The notes: generated by a model not told the origin, from the sequence alone. A stretch of 64,000 nt of DNA from an uncultured virus (IMG/VR IMGVR_UViG_2695420475_000006) (IMGVR_UViG_2695420475_000006); one strand, 5' to 3'; numbered from the stretch's first letter, positions 1-10,304 are shown. Made by a program: numbers and translations.

Positions 1-1119
1 ATGGCGTCCATTCGAACCCGAGCCCTCCGCAGCGGTGCCGAGGTGTTCGATGTGACCTATCGCCATGAGGGGCGGCAGCTTTCGATCACGTGGGAGGACC
101 GTCCGAGTGCCGAGGCATTCATGGCTGCAGTCGCCGCTCACGGGCACCAGCGGGCATGCGAGCTCTATCAGCTGAGCCCGGTCGCCCGGCAGCGCAATGA
201 GGCCAAGATGACGGTGGCGGAGTGGGTAAAGCACCACATCGATCACCTGACGGGCCTCGACGAGTACACGATCTACAAGTACAACTCTTTCCTGGAGAAT
301 GACATCGCTCCCTTGCTGGGGCAGATTCCTCTCGATGAACTGTCGGAAGAGGACATCTCGCGATGGGTCAAAAATCTGGAGGAGACGCCGACCAAACGCG
401 GGGGGAAGATCAGCGCGAAGACGCTCCGCAACAAGTATGGCTTCCTGTCCGGCGCGCTCAACGCTGCCGTGCCGAAACGCATCCCCAGCAACCCTGCTGC
501 GGGCCGCAAGCTAAAACGGGCGGGCGGCGATGAAGACGACGATCACGACATCCAGATGCTCACACACGAGCAGTTCGACCTTTTGCAGGACTCGACCACT
601 GAATACTGGCGCGAATTCCAGGAGTTCCTCGTCGCGTCCGGATGCCGGTGGAGTGAGGCGACAGCCTTGCAGCCAGCCGAACACATCGACAAGCGCAAGG
701 GAACGGTCAAGATTCGTCAGGCGTGGAAGTACTCGCCTGGCAAGGGGTACTACCTCGGTCCTCCGAAGACGAAACGCTCACGGCGCGAAATCGACGTCCC
801 TGATCACATTCTCTCGCGAGTGGACTTTTCGAGTGAATGGATGTTCGTGAATCGTGATGGCGGGCCAATCCGGTATCACGGTTACAAGCGCCGCGTCTGG
901 GATAAGGCTATCGGGCGCTCAGAATTGAATCCGAAACCAACACCGCACGATCTACGCCACACATGTGCCTCATGGCTGTTGTTGGCAGGTGTTCCGATTA
1001 CCGTGGTGTCCCGTCATCTGGGCCACGAGAATATCCAAATCACTGTTGACACATACGGAGACGTCGATCGGGCCAGTAGCAGGGCTGTCGCCGATTTCAT
1101 GAGTAAGACTCTCCGCTGA
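1..1119 (+). CDS. int: Tyrosine integrase
   Basis: Catalytic set GCRWSEA (R), PPKT (K), HDLRH (HxxR), LGH, TYG (Y); 372 aa. Confidence 0.95.
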   Translation: MASIRTRALRSGAEVFDVTYRHEGRQLSITWEDRPSAEAFMAAVAAHGHQRACELYQLSPVARQRNEAKMTVAEWVKHHIDHLTGLDEYTIYKYNSFLENDIAPLLGQIPLDELSEEDISRWVKNLEETPTKRGGKISAKTLRNKYGFLSGALNAAVPKRIPSNPAAGRKLKRAGGDEDDDHDIQMLTHEQFDLLQDSTTEYWREFQEFLVASGCRWSEATALQPAEHIDKRKGTVKIRQAWKYSPGKGYYLGPPKTKRSRREIDVPDHILSRVDFSSEWMFVNRDGGPIRYHGYKRRVWDKAIGRSELNPKPTPHDLRHTCASWLLLAGVPITVVSRHLGHENIQITVDTYGDVDRASSRAVADFMSKTLR

Positions 1120-1233
1120 GACCAGATCGTTACCTAAATTCAAGGGTTTCGGTCGGGTGACAGGGTGTAACGTTTTGTTCACTCCGGGGTGTGTCTAACT
1201 TCTAATTCCTTTAATTCACAAAGGTTTTCGCTG

Positions 1234-1968
1234 ATGCCTGCTGCTCTAATCACGTTTACCCTCGTCACGGTCTGTTGGTCTCTGTGGATCAGGCGCGTGA
1301 CTTGGACCCGCCGTATGGAAGTCGCCGCCACCCTCAACATCGCGTTGCAGGGTGCGGCGATTTTTCTTATGTCCCCGTTGGCATCTCGAACACTTGGGGT
1401 TTGGTTGCACGCACCAACCGGGTGTTGGAACCTTGAGGATCTGATCGGCCACGATTGCTATGTTGTTGCAGCGTCGGCGCTTTGCTACCACATGATTATC
1501 CGTTTGGATCAGGAGCAGTTGAAACGGCGGTTCAAGCTCCACGTGGAGCTGCCCGCGACTCTCTGTCTACCGATCATGCTGGCGCTGTTCACTATCGGTA
1601 ACAGCGCCGGGATCTACCACGATGACTTCTTTCGCGTCGTTGCGGACCTTTCGCTCATCGCCTATTGGATCGTGCTTTGCGGAACACTGATGTACCTGCT
1701 GGGTTACAGCATCTACTCGCTGATACCGATGTGGCGGGACCGGCCGGCGATCCGTGGGCTATGTGGGTCTTACATGCTGGCCGCAGGGTTCGGCATGGCC
1801 GCGTGTGCGGTCAGGATCGCAACGACGTTCCTACCTGCTGAGATGCAAGATACTGCAGCGGCTTCGCTGCCGGTGTGGCTCCTTGCGTGCTCGTGCGGGT
1901 TCGGGTTCGCCGCAATCTCAGCTCACTCCTGGTTGGAGAAGGGTCGACTTACGGGGCGGGTGCATTAG
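1234..1968 (+). CDS. Multi-pass membrane protein
   Basis: ~6-7 hydrophobic segments; ATG at 1234 preferred over GTG 1189; 3' end overlaps the convergent repressor gene. Confidence 0.8.
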   Translation: MPAALITFTLVTVCWSLWIRRVTWTRRMEVAATLNIALQGAAIFLMSPLASRTLGVWLHAPTGCWNLEDLIGHDCYVVAASALCYHMIIRLDQEQLKRRFKLHVELPATLCLPIMLALFTIGNSAGIYHDDFFRVVADLSLIAYWIVLCGTLMYLLGYSIYSLIPMWRDRPAIRGLCGSYMLAAGFGMAACAVRIATTFLPAEMQDTAAASLPVWLLACSCGFGFAAISAHSWLEKGRLTGRVH

Positions 1969-2353
1969 GGCTGAAGGTGTCGGGGTGGATTGGCGTGCGT
2001 TTGGTCTTCTTGGCGGGCCGCGCCTTGGTCTCCGTGCGGCCCTGGGCTTTTGGGCTGACGGAGCCCCCGGTGAATCCGGGGAAGCCTGGTTGTGGCTCGG
2101 TGATGCCGAACTCTACGAGCAGATTGAAGTAGCCCTCATCGCCTAGTTGGTAATGGGCGGCGATGAGTCGCAGTTCTTCGGCGTTCGGGAAGTCGTCAGC
2201 GTCTTTCCGGCCGGGGGTGCGCTTGTCGCCGCGGTATTGCCATGCGGTCAGTCCGGCTGCTTCGTGGACCTGGGTGACGGTGAGGTCGCTTCCGACTATC
2301 TCGGCTTGCAGGAACGTTTTCAGGTCACGTCCTCTGCGGTCACTTCTCGGCAT
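1949..2353 (-). CDS. Putative immunity repressor (HTH)
   Basis: Leftward gene divergent from Cro-like gene; HTH-like LTVTQVHEAAGLTAWQY; operator-like palindromes upstream. Confidence 0.65.
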   Translation of the reverse strand: MPRSDRRGRDLKTFLQAEIVGSDLTVTQVHEAAGLTAWQYRGDKRTPGRKDADDFPNAEELRLIAAHYQLGDEGYFNLLVEFGITEPQPGFPGFTGGSVSPKAQGRTETKARPAKKTKRTPIHPDTFSPNAPAP

Positions 2354-2490
2354 ACCGGAATGCTATCCCGGATTTCCGGAACCCGTCAAAGTTTCGTGAC
2401 ATGCGGAAACGTACCGACTGAACGCGACACGATTCCGGATTTCCGGAATGTAATGCCGGAATTCCGATATGCGGTGCTACTGTTCCTGAC
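2354..2490. promoter_or_regulatory. Divergent switch region with operator-like palindromes
   Basis: TCCCGGATTTCCGGAA 2366-2381, ATTCCGGATTTCCGGAAT 2432-2449, ATGCCGGAATTCCGATAT 2453-2470. Confidence 0.75.
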
Positions 2491-2766
2491 GTGAGCTACG
2501 GACTGGAATGGCAGCCGCAGGGTGTGCGGAACACCTTGGCCACCAACAACATTGAGACTGTCGCTGAACTAGCGAGATTCCTTGGCGTCGGATCATCGAC
2601 CGTCTATGACGCGTTCGACCGCAACTGGGCGGGACGGGCGACGCCGACGCTGATCGATGCCATGTGCCAGAAGTTCGGCATTCCCATGAGCCAGATCGTC
2701 GTCGAACCGATGACAAAGGCCCGGCCGAAGCAGATCCGGGCACGGCGGGCGGTGACTGTCGTATGA
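2491..2766 (+). CDS. Cro-like XRE HTH protein
   Basis: TVAELARFLGVGSSTVY HTH; first rightward gene after the switch. Confidence 0.8.
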   Translation: MSYGLEWQPQGVRNTLATNNIETVAELARFLGVGSSTVYDAFDRNWAGRATPTLIDAMCQKFGIPMSQIVVEPMTKARPKQIRARRAVTVV

Positions 2767-3053
2767 GCGACCGTATCGAGACATTCTCGCTGGCCCAGGT
2801 TGTGGCCGACGTGCTGCCCGAGGAATGGACCGACGGTGAGCGTTGGTTGCGGCGCCGACTGAATCGCGGCGAGATCGAGGGCTACAAGGTCGGCCGCGAG
2901 TGGCGCTTCACGAAAGCCCAAGTTGATGCGCTGATCGCGCACTTCACCAATGCCAAAACGGAGGTGGCCGCGCCCGAGGAAGATACCGAGTCCGAGGCGC
3001 CGCTGGCGCTCGGTCTCTCCGCGCGATCACGTCGACGGCTGGTGAACGCATGA
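2763..3053 (+). CDS. Excisionase-like winged HTH protein
   Basis: WLRRRLNRGEIEGYKVGREWRFT typical Xis/HTH_17 pattern. Confidence 0.75.
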   Translation: MSDRIETFSLAQVVADVLPEEWTDGERWLRRRLNRGEIEGYKVGREWRFTKAQVDALIAHFTNAKTEVAAPEEDTESEAPLALGLSARSRRRLVNA

Positions 3054-3427
3054 CCGCCCGCCCGGAAACGATCGAGGCAGCATTGGCGGCACTCGACCGC
3101 GTGAGCGCCGATCGTGATCGGCTGCTGCAGAAGTTGGACGCCGAGCCGGATTCGAAGAAGCTCGCGGGTGAGTTGATCTCAATGATCGGTACCTACTACA
3201 ACGCTGCCAACAGCGGTGATCAGCGGGTGCTGATTCTGAATCTCGGTCAACTGCTGCGGCAGTCCGGCGCGCTCATCGATGCGTTGACGACCGAGCTCAA
3301 GCACTGCGCCGACGCCGAGTGCGCGGCGCGCGATGAGCGCGACGCGCTGCAGGAGCGGGTCGCGGAGCTTTCCGACGAAGTCGCGGATCTGCGGGTGCGT
3401 GAGTGCGCCAGGTCGGTGTCGCTGTGA
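3050..3427 (+). CDS. Hypothetical coiled-coil phage protein
   Basis: ATGA-coupled ORF, heptad-rich C-terminus. Confidence 0.65.
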   Translation: MTARPETIEAALAALDRVSADRDRLLQKLDAEPDSKKLAGELISMIGTYYNAANSGDQRVLILNLGQLLRQSGALIDALTTELKHCADAECAARDERDALQERVAELSDEVADLRVRECARSVSL

Positions 3428-3687
3428 TCGCCGCGGATAGCGCTCTGGGAATCGTGTTCGACTTGGCTGTCGAGTTCCTGCGTGGCGCAGCGTCTTCCAC
3501 GGCAACGGCATGTCAGCGGCTGGCTGAGCAGCGCGGCGGCCCCGTGGAGGTGTCGCACGCCGACCTGGAGTCGCACGTCTACTCCAGCCTGGCTGGGCCG
3601 GGTGGATTGAGTTCCTCCGTCGCCGAGGCATTCGCGGAATGTGTCGCCGCTGACCTGCTGGATGAGTACCGCATCACCAAGAAGTAA
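3424..3687 (+). CDS. Hypothetical phage protein
   Basis: GTGA overlap with previous gene. Confidence 0.55.
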   Translation: MIAADSALGIVFDLAVEFLRGAASSTATACQRLAEQRGGPVEVSHADLESHVYSSLAGPGGLSSSVAEAFAECVAADLLDEYRITKK

Positions 3688-3744
3688 GCCCCGCTGCTGG
3701 AACAGCGGGGCCAGGCAATGGATCACAACGACGAAAGGAACCCA

Positions 3745-4029
3745 ATGCCAACCATGGAGTCTACCCACGAGGTCAGAGAGCGTGAAGACGGCGCTCTGGT
3801 CGCGTACGTCGAGCGGGCGCTGGGGCCGAGTCAGGTGGGTGTTGCGATGCCACATCCTGCCGGTGATGGATGGCTGACGATCCTGTGGGACGAGAAGGCC
3901 CAGAGTGCGGAATTCACGGCGCACGCTGCCGGTTCACGTTGCGACGAGAAGGCGCGGGAAGCCGCCCGCCAGCTGCTCGAATTTCACGCCGCAATCATCG
4001 CGCGTCTTGTTGCGGCGGTGGAGAAGTGA
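3745..4029 (+). CDS. Hypothetical phage protein
   Basis: AAAGGAA RBS upstream of ATG; start uncertain. Confidence 0.55.
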   Translation: MPTMESTHEVREREDGALVAYVERALGPSQVGVAMPHPAGDGWLTILWDEKAQSAEFTAHAAGSRCDEKAREAARQLLEFHAAIIARLVAAVEK

Positions 4030-4415
4030 GCGCCACGGCAGTGCGGCGCGTTCTGATCGGGATGCTCACAGGCGCGGTGCTGGCAATGGCTGCGCTGGGG
4101 TACGCCCAGCGCGCGCATGCCGCGCCCAACGACGGCTGCGAGACAGTGAGCTGGGGCCTGTTCGGTAGCCAGTTGCGAACGATCTGCGACGGCCCGAAAC
4201 GCCCGGATGGCAGCTGGATTCGGGAGCGCCGGATTTGGACGGCCGCTGGCTGGGTGCGGGGCAGCACCTACTGCGGCTACTACTCGTGCACTCGCAGCGA
4301 GGGCTACTACCGCCAGGAAAGCACGCAGGGCTACGAGAAGTACCTGGTGTTCGACTACAACGTGGTTCCCGGTGAGCCGGATTGGCTGCCGGCCGGAACG
4401 GTGGTCGTCCGGTGA
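4026..4415 (+). CDS. Secreted CDGP-domain protein
   Basis: Signal peptide ending AHA|A; ICDGPKRPDGSW motif. Confidence 0.75.
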   Translation: MSATAVRRVLIGMLTGAVLAMAALGYAQRAHAAPNDGCETVSWGLFGSQLRTICDGPKRPDGSWIRERRIWTAAGWVRGSTYCGYYSCTRSEGYYRQESTQGYEKYLVFDYNVVPGEPDWLPAGTVVVR

Positions 4416-4768
4416 TGAAGATCGAAACGACGACGAATGATTATGGCTTGCGCGTCATCCGGGCGATCGACGGTACTGGTTCTGTCGCAATGGCTATCGA
4501 GCACGCTGACGTGTGGCGCGATGGCGATCACACTCTGTGGCACCTCGTGGTTGTGGATGTGCCGGACTCGGTGAGCGTCGACCCATCGCGCGGCCCGTAT
4601 CCGGAGGTGCGAACCGAGCACGCCGCGATTGCGTGGGTGCGGTTTCTGGCCGAGCTGGTGCAGCGGGCGAAGCGGGTGGTGCCGGTGTGGTGTCCGGACA
4701 ACAGCAGGCAGGTGGCGGATGAGCTCGCCGAGCATGCCGCTGAGCCGGGTCTGGAGGTCATCCAGTGA
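4415..4768 (+). CDS. Hypothetical phage protein
   Basis: TGATG-coupled ORF. Confidence 0.6.
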   Translation: MKIETTTNDYGLRVIRAIDGTGSVAMAIEHADVWRDGDHTLWHLVVVDVPDSVSVDPSRGPYPEVRTEHAAIAWVRFLAELVQRAKRVVPVWCPDNSRQVADELAEHAAEPGLEVIQ

Positions 4769-5058
4769 GCGCCGCGTATGTACGGATTGGAGAGGTCAAG
4801 ACCGAAACAGGTTCGGTGACGGTGCATGTGGATCCGCATAGCGAGTACGTCGCGGTGCGCCTCAAGGAGCGCGGATACTCCGCCGATTTGACGGTTGTCG
4901 GTCCGGCCGCGGGGCTTGAGCTGACCAACCTCATGGTCCGAGCCTTCGCGATTGGGCCAAGCATCAAGGCGGCGCATGAAGTTCGGATGCGGGCCCGCGC
5001 GACCGCGGAGGACACGTACGACCGCATCGTGAATCACGCCGTGGGTGGTGCGCGGTGA
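4765..5058 (+). CDS. Hypothetical phage protein
   Basis: GTGA overlap, GGAGG RBS. Confidence 0.6.
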   Translation: MSAAYVRIGEVKTETGSVTVHVDPHSEYVAVRLKERGYSADLTVVGPAAGLELTNLMVRAFAIGPSIKAAHEVRMRARATAEDTYDRIVNHAVGGAR

Positions 5059-5333
5059 GGCGCCCAGGGGTCGACCAAGAGCTCTACGCGGACGCCATGT
5101 GTGCGGCGCGGAAAGCGTTCGCTCTGATCGACAAGGTTCGCGAGGACGATCCGAACGGGGTGTTCGAGGAGCTGCGGCTGCTGGCTGAGCTGCACCCCGC
5201 GAAGTACGCGCAGGTCGCGATGGTTCTGGCTGCGTTCGTCGATCCCGGGGAGGGTACGGCTGCGTTGTTGCGTCGCGCCGACGCGATAGCGGATTCGCGT
5301 ATTGCACGGCATCTTTCGGTGGTGGCGTCATGA
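5055..5333 (+). CDS. Hypothetical phage protein
   Basis: GTGA overlap. Confidence 0.6.
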   Translation: MRRPGVDQELYADAMCAARKAFALIDKVREDDPNGVFEELRLLAELHPAKYAQVAMVLAAFVDPGEGTAALLRRADAIADSRIARHLSVVAS

Positions 5334-5648
5334 CCCGCGCGGCGGTGATTGTCGGCTGGGTGTCCGGGGTGGTGGCGTGGATCGCCCTCGTCCTGTTCTG
5401 GAAGTCGCTGTTCGCGTTCGCTGCATTGCTTTGTGCCGCAGCGGTGTTGGTGTGGGGGTTCCAGATCTACCCGGAGCCGGAGAGCGGACGGGGCGAGCGG
5501 TGATGGCCTACGAGTACGAAGCCGAGGAGTGGCGGGCAGCCACCCACACGATGACGGAGATGGAGCGGGCTGCAGCGCGCGATGCCCGGGCGTCCCTCGG
5601 GATGGTCGGCGACCGCGACGACGCCCTCGACGAATTGAGGAACAACCG

Positions 5649-6665
5649 ATGACCGAAACCATGTCGCCCGCGTTCTGGGCTCTCCACGCGACACCGGCGG
5701 GTGAGTACCGCGACCGCGAGGAATGGCTCGAACTGCGCCGCACCGGAATCGGTTCGTCGGATTGCTCGGCGGTGCTCGGGATGGGCAAGTACGGCTCACC
5801 GTTCTCGGTGTGGGTCGACAAGACCGGCCGCGCCCGTCCGGAAGACGAGACCGAAGCGATGATGTGGGGCACTCTGCTGGAGCCTGTCATCCGCTCGGAG
5901 CTCGCCCGCCGCTTGGACGTCGAGATAGTCGAGTGCCCGACCCTTCGGTCGCTGGAGCGTCCGTGGCAGCTCTACAACCCTGATGGCCTGATCGTGTCGC
6001 TTAACGCCCTTGTGGAGATCAAGAACGCGTCCGCGTGGCTGGCCTCCGATTGGGAGGATCAGGTGCCCGATCATGCGGAGCTGCAGGTGCAGCACGGCAT
6101 GGCCGTCACCGGCGCGGATGGCGCTTACGTCGCGGGCCTGGTGGGTGGGAATCGGTTGCGGTGGGAGTACATCCCGCGTGACGACGAGCTGATAGCCACG
6201 ATCAACCAGGCCGAGCAGCATCTGTGGGAGACGTACATAGTCCCGGATGTTGCGCCGCCGATCGACGGATCGGATGCGACCGCCGAAGCCATCGCGGCGC
6301 GCTGGCCACGCCAGCACGGCGTCGAGCTGATCGCGGACGACCCGGCCGAGGTCGCCGATGCGGTCGCGGCGTATCGGGTCGCCCTCGCGGAGGGCAAGGC
6401 AGCAGAGGTCGCCAAAGCCGAGGCAGTCAATCGGATGGCCGCGCTGCTCCAGGGCGCCGACGTGCTCACCGATGCGGTGGGAAACAAGTTGATGGCGCTA
6501 AAGCGGGGCCAGTTCCGCGAGAAGGCATTCCGCGAGGAGGAACCCGACGCCGATCTGTGGATGCACAAGGTCGAGGTCGTCAACCGGGACCTACTTAAGA
6601 CCGAGGATCCCGAGCTGTATCGCCGTTATCAGTCCACATCCATCTACGTACCGAAAGGGAAATAA
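5649..6665 (+). CDS. YqaJ/RecE-like exonuclease
   Basis: EWLELRRTGIGSSD, PDG...EIK, QVQH motifs; directly upstream of RecT. Confidence 0.9.
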   Translation: MTETMSPAFWALHATPAGEYRDREEWLELRRTGIGSSDCSAVLGMGKYGSPFSVWVDKTGRARPEDETEAMMWGTLLEPVIRSELARRLDVEIVECPTLRSLERPWQLYNPDGLIVSLNALVEIKNASAWLASDWEDQVPDHAELQVQHGMAVTGADGAYVAGLVGGNRLRWEYIPRDDELIATINQAEQHLWETYIVPDVAPPIDGSDATAEAIAARWPRQHGVELIADDPAEVADAVAAYRVALAEGKAAEVAKAEAVNRMAALLQGADVLTDAVGNKLMALKRGQFREKAFREEEPDADLWMHKVEVVNRDLLKTEDPELYRRYQSTSIYVPKGK

Positions 6666-6670
6666 CAACC

Positions 6671-7735
6671 ATGGCAAGAGATTTGGCGCGTCGCGCACAG
6701 CAGTCAGTTGATCAGCAGCAGAGCGGCGGCGAGTCGTTGCAGCAGCAGCTCGCGAGGATGGAAACGCAGTTCCAGCGTGCCATGCCCCGAGGTGTGGAGG
6801 CGGTGCAGTTGATCCGCGACGTGATGACGTGCGTGAAGCAGACACCGAAGCTGGCGCAGTGCGACCCGGTATCGGTGTTGGGGTCGGCGATGACTTGCGC
6901 CCAGTTGGGACTGCGCCCGGGTGTGGGTGCGCTCGGGCATGCGTGGATTCTGCCGTTCTGGGACAAGAAGTCCAACGGCAACAAGGCACAGCTGATCATC
7001 GGTTACAAGGGGTACGTCGAGCTCGGGCATCGGTCCGAGCAGATCGCGTCTCTGCATTCGCGGATCGTGTACAGCAACGACCAGTTCGAGGTCGAATACG
7101 GTGCGGCCGAAGACAAGTGGGTGCACCGTCCCAACTTGGATGGGCCACGTGGCGACGCCCGCCTGTTCTATGCGGTGGGGCGCCTGGCGAACGGCGGGTA
7201 CTCGCTGACTGATCCGATGACGGTCGCGGACATGGAGGGGCATCGCGACAAATTCGCCATGGCCAAGTACCAGGGCAAGGTGATTGGCCCATGGGTGGAT
7301 CACTTCGACGCCATGGGCAAGAAGACGATGCTGCTGCGTCTCATGGCATTGATGCCGAAGTCGACGGAGATCCAGCGCGCTATCGACAACGACGGCAGTG
7401 TGCGCCTTGATCTTTCGGAGGGCGCGATCGATTCGCCGACGCACATCGACGGTGAGGTTGTCGGCGAGCCTGTCGATGAACCGACAGGGGAGCGCGAGTC
7501 GATCGACGTTCGTGGCTCGCAGGCTGATCCGTCTGGTGCGGTTCGGATGGCGACCGGCGAGCAGTTGGCGCGGTTGACGAAGATCCGGGCCGAGCAGGGT
7601 TTCGGCGGTGACGATTCCGGGTGGTTCGACTACGTGCTGCATGCAACGCAGGCGCAGGTCTCGCGGGATGAGGACCTGACGCAGGCGCAGGCGCAGTCCC
7701 TGATCGACCTGTTCGAAGCGGACACGAAGAAGTGA
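6671..7735 (+). CDS. recT: RecT-family single-strand annealing recombinase
   Basis: AQLGLRPG, AQLIIGYKGY, W..HFDAMGKKT motifs. Confidence 0.92.
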   Translation: MARDLARRAQQSVDQQQSGGESLQQQLARMETQFQRAMPRGVEAVQLIRDVMTCVKQTPKLAQCDPVSVLGSAMTCAQLGLRPGVGALGHAWILPFWDKKSNGNKAQLIIGYKGYVELGHRSEQIASLHSRIVYSNDQFEVEYGAAEDKWVHRPNLDGPRGDARLFYAVGRLANGGYSLTDPMTVADMEGHRDKFAMAKYQGKVIGPWVDHFDAMGKKTMLLRLMALMPKSTEIQRAIDNDGSVRLDLSEGAIDSPTHIDGEVVGEPVDEPTGERESIDVRGSQADPSGAVRMATGEQLARLTKIRAEQGFGGDDSGWFDYVLHATQAQVSRDEDLTQAQAQSLIDLFEADTKK

Positions 7736-8127
7736 GCACCACGTTCACCAACGTCGCGACGTACACCGTTGTTCATTGCGGTACCGAGGGTTGTGGGGTT
7801 CCGTTCGCGCTCAACGACGAGTTCATCCGTCAGCGTCGCAACGACCACAAGACGTTCTACTGCCCGAACGGTCACCGCCGCTATTACCCACAGGAGAACG
7901 AGACCGAGAAGGCCAAGGCGGCGGTCAGACGGTTGGAGCGGCAGCTGGCTAATCGCGATGAGGATCTGCGGGCGGCGAAGGTGGCGCATGCGGTCACAAA
8001 GGGCAAGTTGACCAAGACGCGCAACCGCATCGCGAAGGGCGTATGCCCCTGCTGCAACAGGTCTTTCGCCAACCTGCAGCGCCACATGGCAGGCCAGCAC
8101 CCCGACTATACGGACGCGAAGCAGTGA
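7732..8127 (+). CDS. Zn-binding coiled-coil phage protein
   Basis: FYCPNGH and CPCC...H...H motifs around a coiled coil. Confidence 0.7.
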   Translation: MSTTFTNVATYTVVHCGTEGCGVPFALNDEFIRQRRNDHKTFYCPNGHRRYYPQENETEKAKAAVRRLERQLANRDEDLRAAKVAHAVTKGKLTKTRNRIAKGVCPCCNRSFANLQRHMAGQHPDYTDAKQ

Positions 8128-8246
8128 GCGCGCCCGCATTGCCTCCCGAGCCGCTGATCAACCGGAAGCAGCTCGGGAACTAGAGCACGAAATCCGCACT
8201 GCCACCGGCAATCGTCGGTAGCCATCTCATCTTTGGAAGGCAATCC

Positions 8247-9311
8247 ATGAGCATCACAGTTCCAACCAACAAGCTGATCGACGTACTGACCGACGCGTTG
8301 GCGACAGCCAACAACACCTTCGGTGGAGTGCACATCGCCACCACCCGCGGGCCCTGGCGGGAAGAACCCGGCGACGTGGACCTGCTGGCCGCGACGTCGA
8401 CTACGAAGTTCGTCTTCGGGCACACGTGGATTCCGATCGACGGGCGCATTGACCCGATGGTGTGGCCCTGTGAATCGGTCGTTAACGTGCTGGCGCTGTG
8501 CAAGTCCTGGGCCAAGAGCAAGGGCGATCAGCACACCGTCGACATCCACCTGGTGTTGGCCGATCCGCCGGAGAACAAGAAGGACGACGAGCACCCAGGT
8601 TGGACCGTGACGCTGTCGGAGTCGCCCGCACTTTTTGGCTCGGACAACGAGTTTCAGTTCCACGCACATCACGAGTCGCGGTTCCCGACGAGCATCGTGC
8701 AGCGCCTGCGGACTGGTGATTTCCTGACCAAGGAGGACTACGAAGAGGTTCCGCTCACGCTGTGGTCGGCGGGGGTCTTGGCCTCGCTGGTGGCGGTGGC
8801 GAAGCGCCGCAAGATGCAGATCCAGATGTTCCGGTCGTCGAAGCGGCTGGTGCAGACCGTCCAGATCGGCGACACGTGGATCGGCCTTGCCACCCCGGGC
8901 TCGTATGTGGAGGGGTTCACGACCGACGGGCCGAGTATCGAGCCGGTCCTGGGACAGGACGACGGCGGCGCGAGTGTGGCTGCTGATCTGCTGCGCCACG
9001 GGGCTGGGTTGTTCCTGGCGCACAGCGACACCGCGCCGGAAGACGACGACACGGAGCAGTTGGAGATCGGCGGTGACGATCTATTGCGCCAGGCGGTGGA
9101 ACTGGTGGTCACCACCAACTTCGGATCCACATCCATGCTGCAACGCAAGCTCAAGATCGGATTCGCCAGAGCTGCCGGTCTCCTCGACGAAATGGCTGCA
9201 GTCGGGATCGTCGGGCCGGCCGAGGGCAGCAAGGCGCGTGAGGTGAAGTTCGCGCCGGAGCAACTAGCGGACGCGCTCGCCGCGATCGCCGCGAAAGCCG
9301 GTGAGCGGTGA
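8247..9311 (+). CDS. Protein with C-terminal FtsK gamma (winged-helix) domain
   Basis: [11 protein letters not shown]...[24 protein letters not shown]...[14 protein letters not shown]. Confidence 0.85.
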   Translation: MSITVPTNKLIDVLTDALATANNTFGGVHIATTRGPWREEPGDVDLLAATSTTKFVFGHTWIPIDGRIDPMVWPCESVVNVLALCKSWAKSKGDQHTVDIHLVLADPPENKKDDEHPGWTVTLSESPALFGSDNEFQFHAHHESRFPTSIVQRLRTGDFLTKEDYEEVPLTLWSAGVLASLVAVAKRRKMQIQMFRSSKRLVQTVQIGDTWIGLATPGSYVEGFTTDGPSIEPVLGQDDGGASVAADLLRHGAGLFLAHSDTAPEDDDTEQLEIGGDDLLRQAVELVVTTNFGSTSMLQRKLKIGFARAAGLLDEMAAVGIVGPAEGSKAREVKFAPEQLADALAAIAAKAGER

Positions 9312-9739
9312 CCACGCAGACGCTGCTGGATGCCTCGGACGCGGTGTTCTTCGTCCCGGGTAAGCCAGCCCCACAGGGCAGCAAGAGACATGTCGGCCGG
9401 GGGGTGCTCGTCGAATCGTCGAAAGAGGTTGGCCCCTGGCGTGAACGGGTCGCACTGGTCGCTCACGGGGCGATGGCGGGCCGCCCGATGTTCGACGGGC
9501 CGGTGTCGGTCACGCTGCAATTCGTCCTGCCCAGGCCGAAATCCACGCCCAAGACCCGGACGCCGGCGGCGACCAAGCGGCCCGACTTGGACAAGCTGGA
9601 ACGCGCCATTCTCGATGCCCTCACCGATGTGTGTTTCTCCGACGACTCGCAGGTAGTGAGCCTGTCCGGGTACAAGCGGATCGCCGAGCTAGGGGAGACG
9701 GCCGGGGTCGAGGTCCGCGTAGAGAGCTTCGGATCATGA
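9308..9739 (+). CDS. rusA: RusA-family Holliday junction resolvase
   Basis: [27 protein letters not shown]. Confidence 0.92.
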   Translation: MTTQTLLDASDAVFFVPGKPAPQGSKRHVGRGVLVESSKEVGPWRERVALVAHGAMAGRPMFDGPVSVTLQFVLPRPKSTPKTRTPAATKRPDLDKLERAILDALTDVCFSDDSQVVSLSGYKRIAELGETAGVEVRVESFGS

Positions 9740-9978
9740 GCCTGAGGTGGCGCGGACACAGCGAGATCATCGGTGCTCTAGTCGGGGTCGGGCTGCGCGG
9801 CACCTACATGGTTCAGAGCGTCGGCCGCGAATGGATCCTGCAGGGTGTCGGGCACGACGGCCTGCCCATGCTGGCATTGCCCGCGGAAGGTAAGGCGTTC
9901 GCCGCGTTGTACACCGCGCAGCTGTACGCCATCGAGCTCGACGGCGCGCACGCCGAAGCCCAGGCATCGGGGGTGTGA
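9736..9978 (+). CDS. Hypothetical phage protein
   Basis: ATGA overlap with rusA. Confidence 0.55.
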   Translation: MSLRWRGHSEIIGALVGVGLRGTYMVQSVGREWILQGVGHDGLPMLALPAEGKAFAALYTAQLYAIELDGAHAEAQASGV

Positions 9979-10304
9979 CGGTGGCGCAACTCGGACACAC
10001 CCTCAACGCGATCGACCGCGGGGCAGTGCTGGGCATCCTCGGTGCAGCCGACACCGTGCTGGCCACCAAGCAGCTCGCCGAACGGCAGAGCAAGGCAATC
10101 ACCACGATCCGGGAACTACACAGGCCGATCAACTTGGTTACCTGCGCGGAGTGCGGCGACACCACTGACGGCTGCGTATGCGAAGACGAGACAGCGTCGA
10201 CCACCTCTCGGGTGGTTTGTGAGGAGTGCGGACAGGACGAAGACGGGGAGTGGACCGATCACCCGTGCGCGACCGTCCGCGCGATCGATGAGGCAGGTGC
10301 GTGA
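9975..10304 (+). CDS. Cys-rich hypothetical phage protein
   Basis: LHRP..CxxC..CxxC..HPCATV pattern. Confidence 0.65.
   Translation: MTVAQLGHTLNAIDRGAVLGILGAADTVLATKQLAERQSKAITTIRELHRPINLVTCAECGDTTDGCVCEDETASTTSRVVCEECGQDEDGEWTDHPCATVRAIDEAGA

Noticed and set aside
3688..3711. Hairpin GCCCCGCTG-CTGGAA-CAGCGGGGC as terminator
   Set aside because: A real 9-bp stem but no T tract on the + strand; function cannot be assigned.
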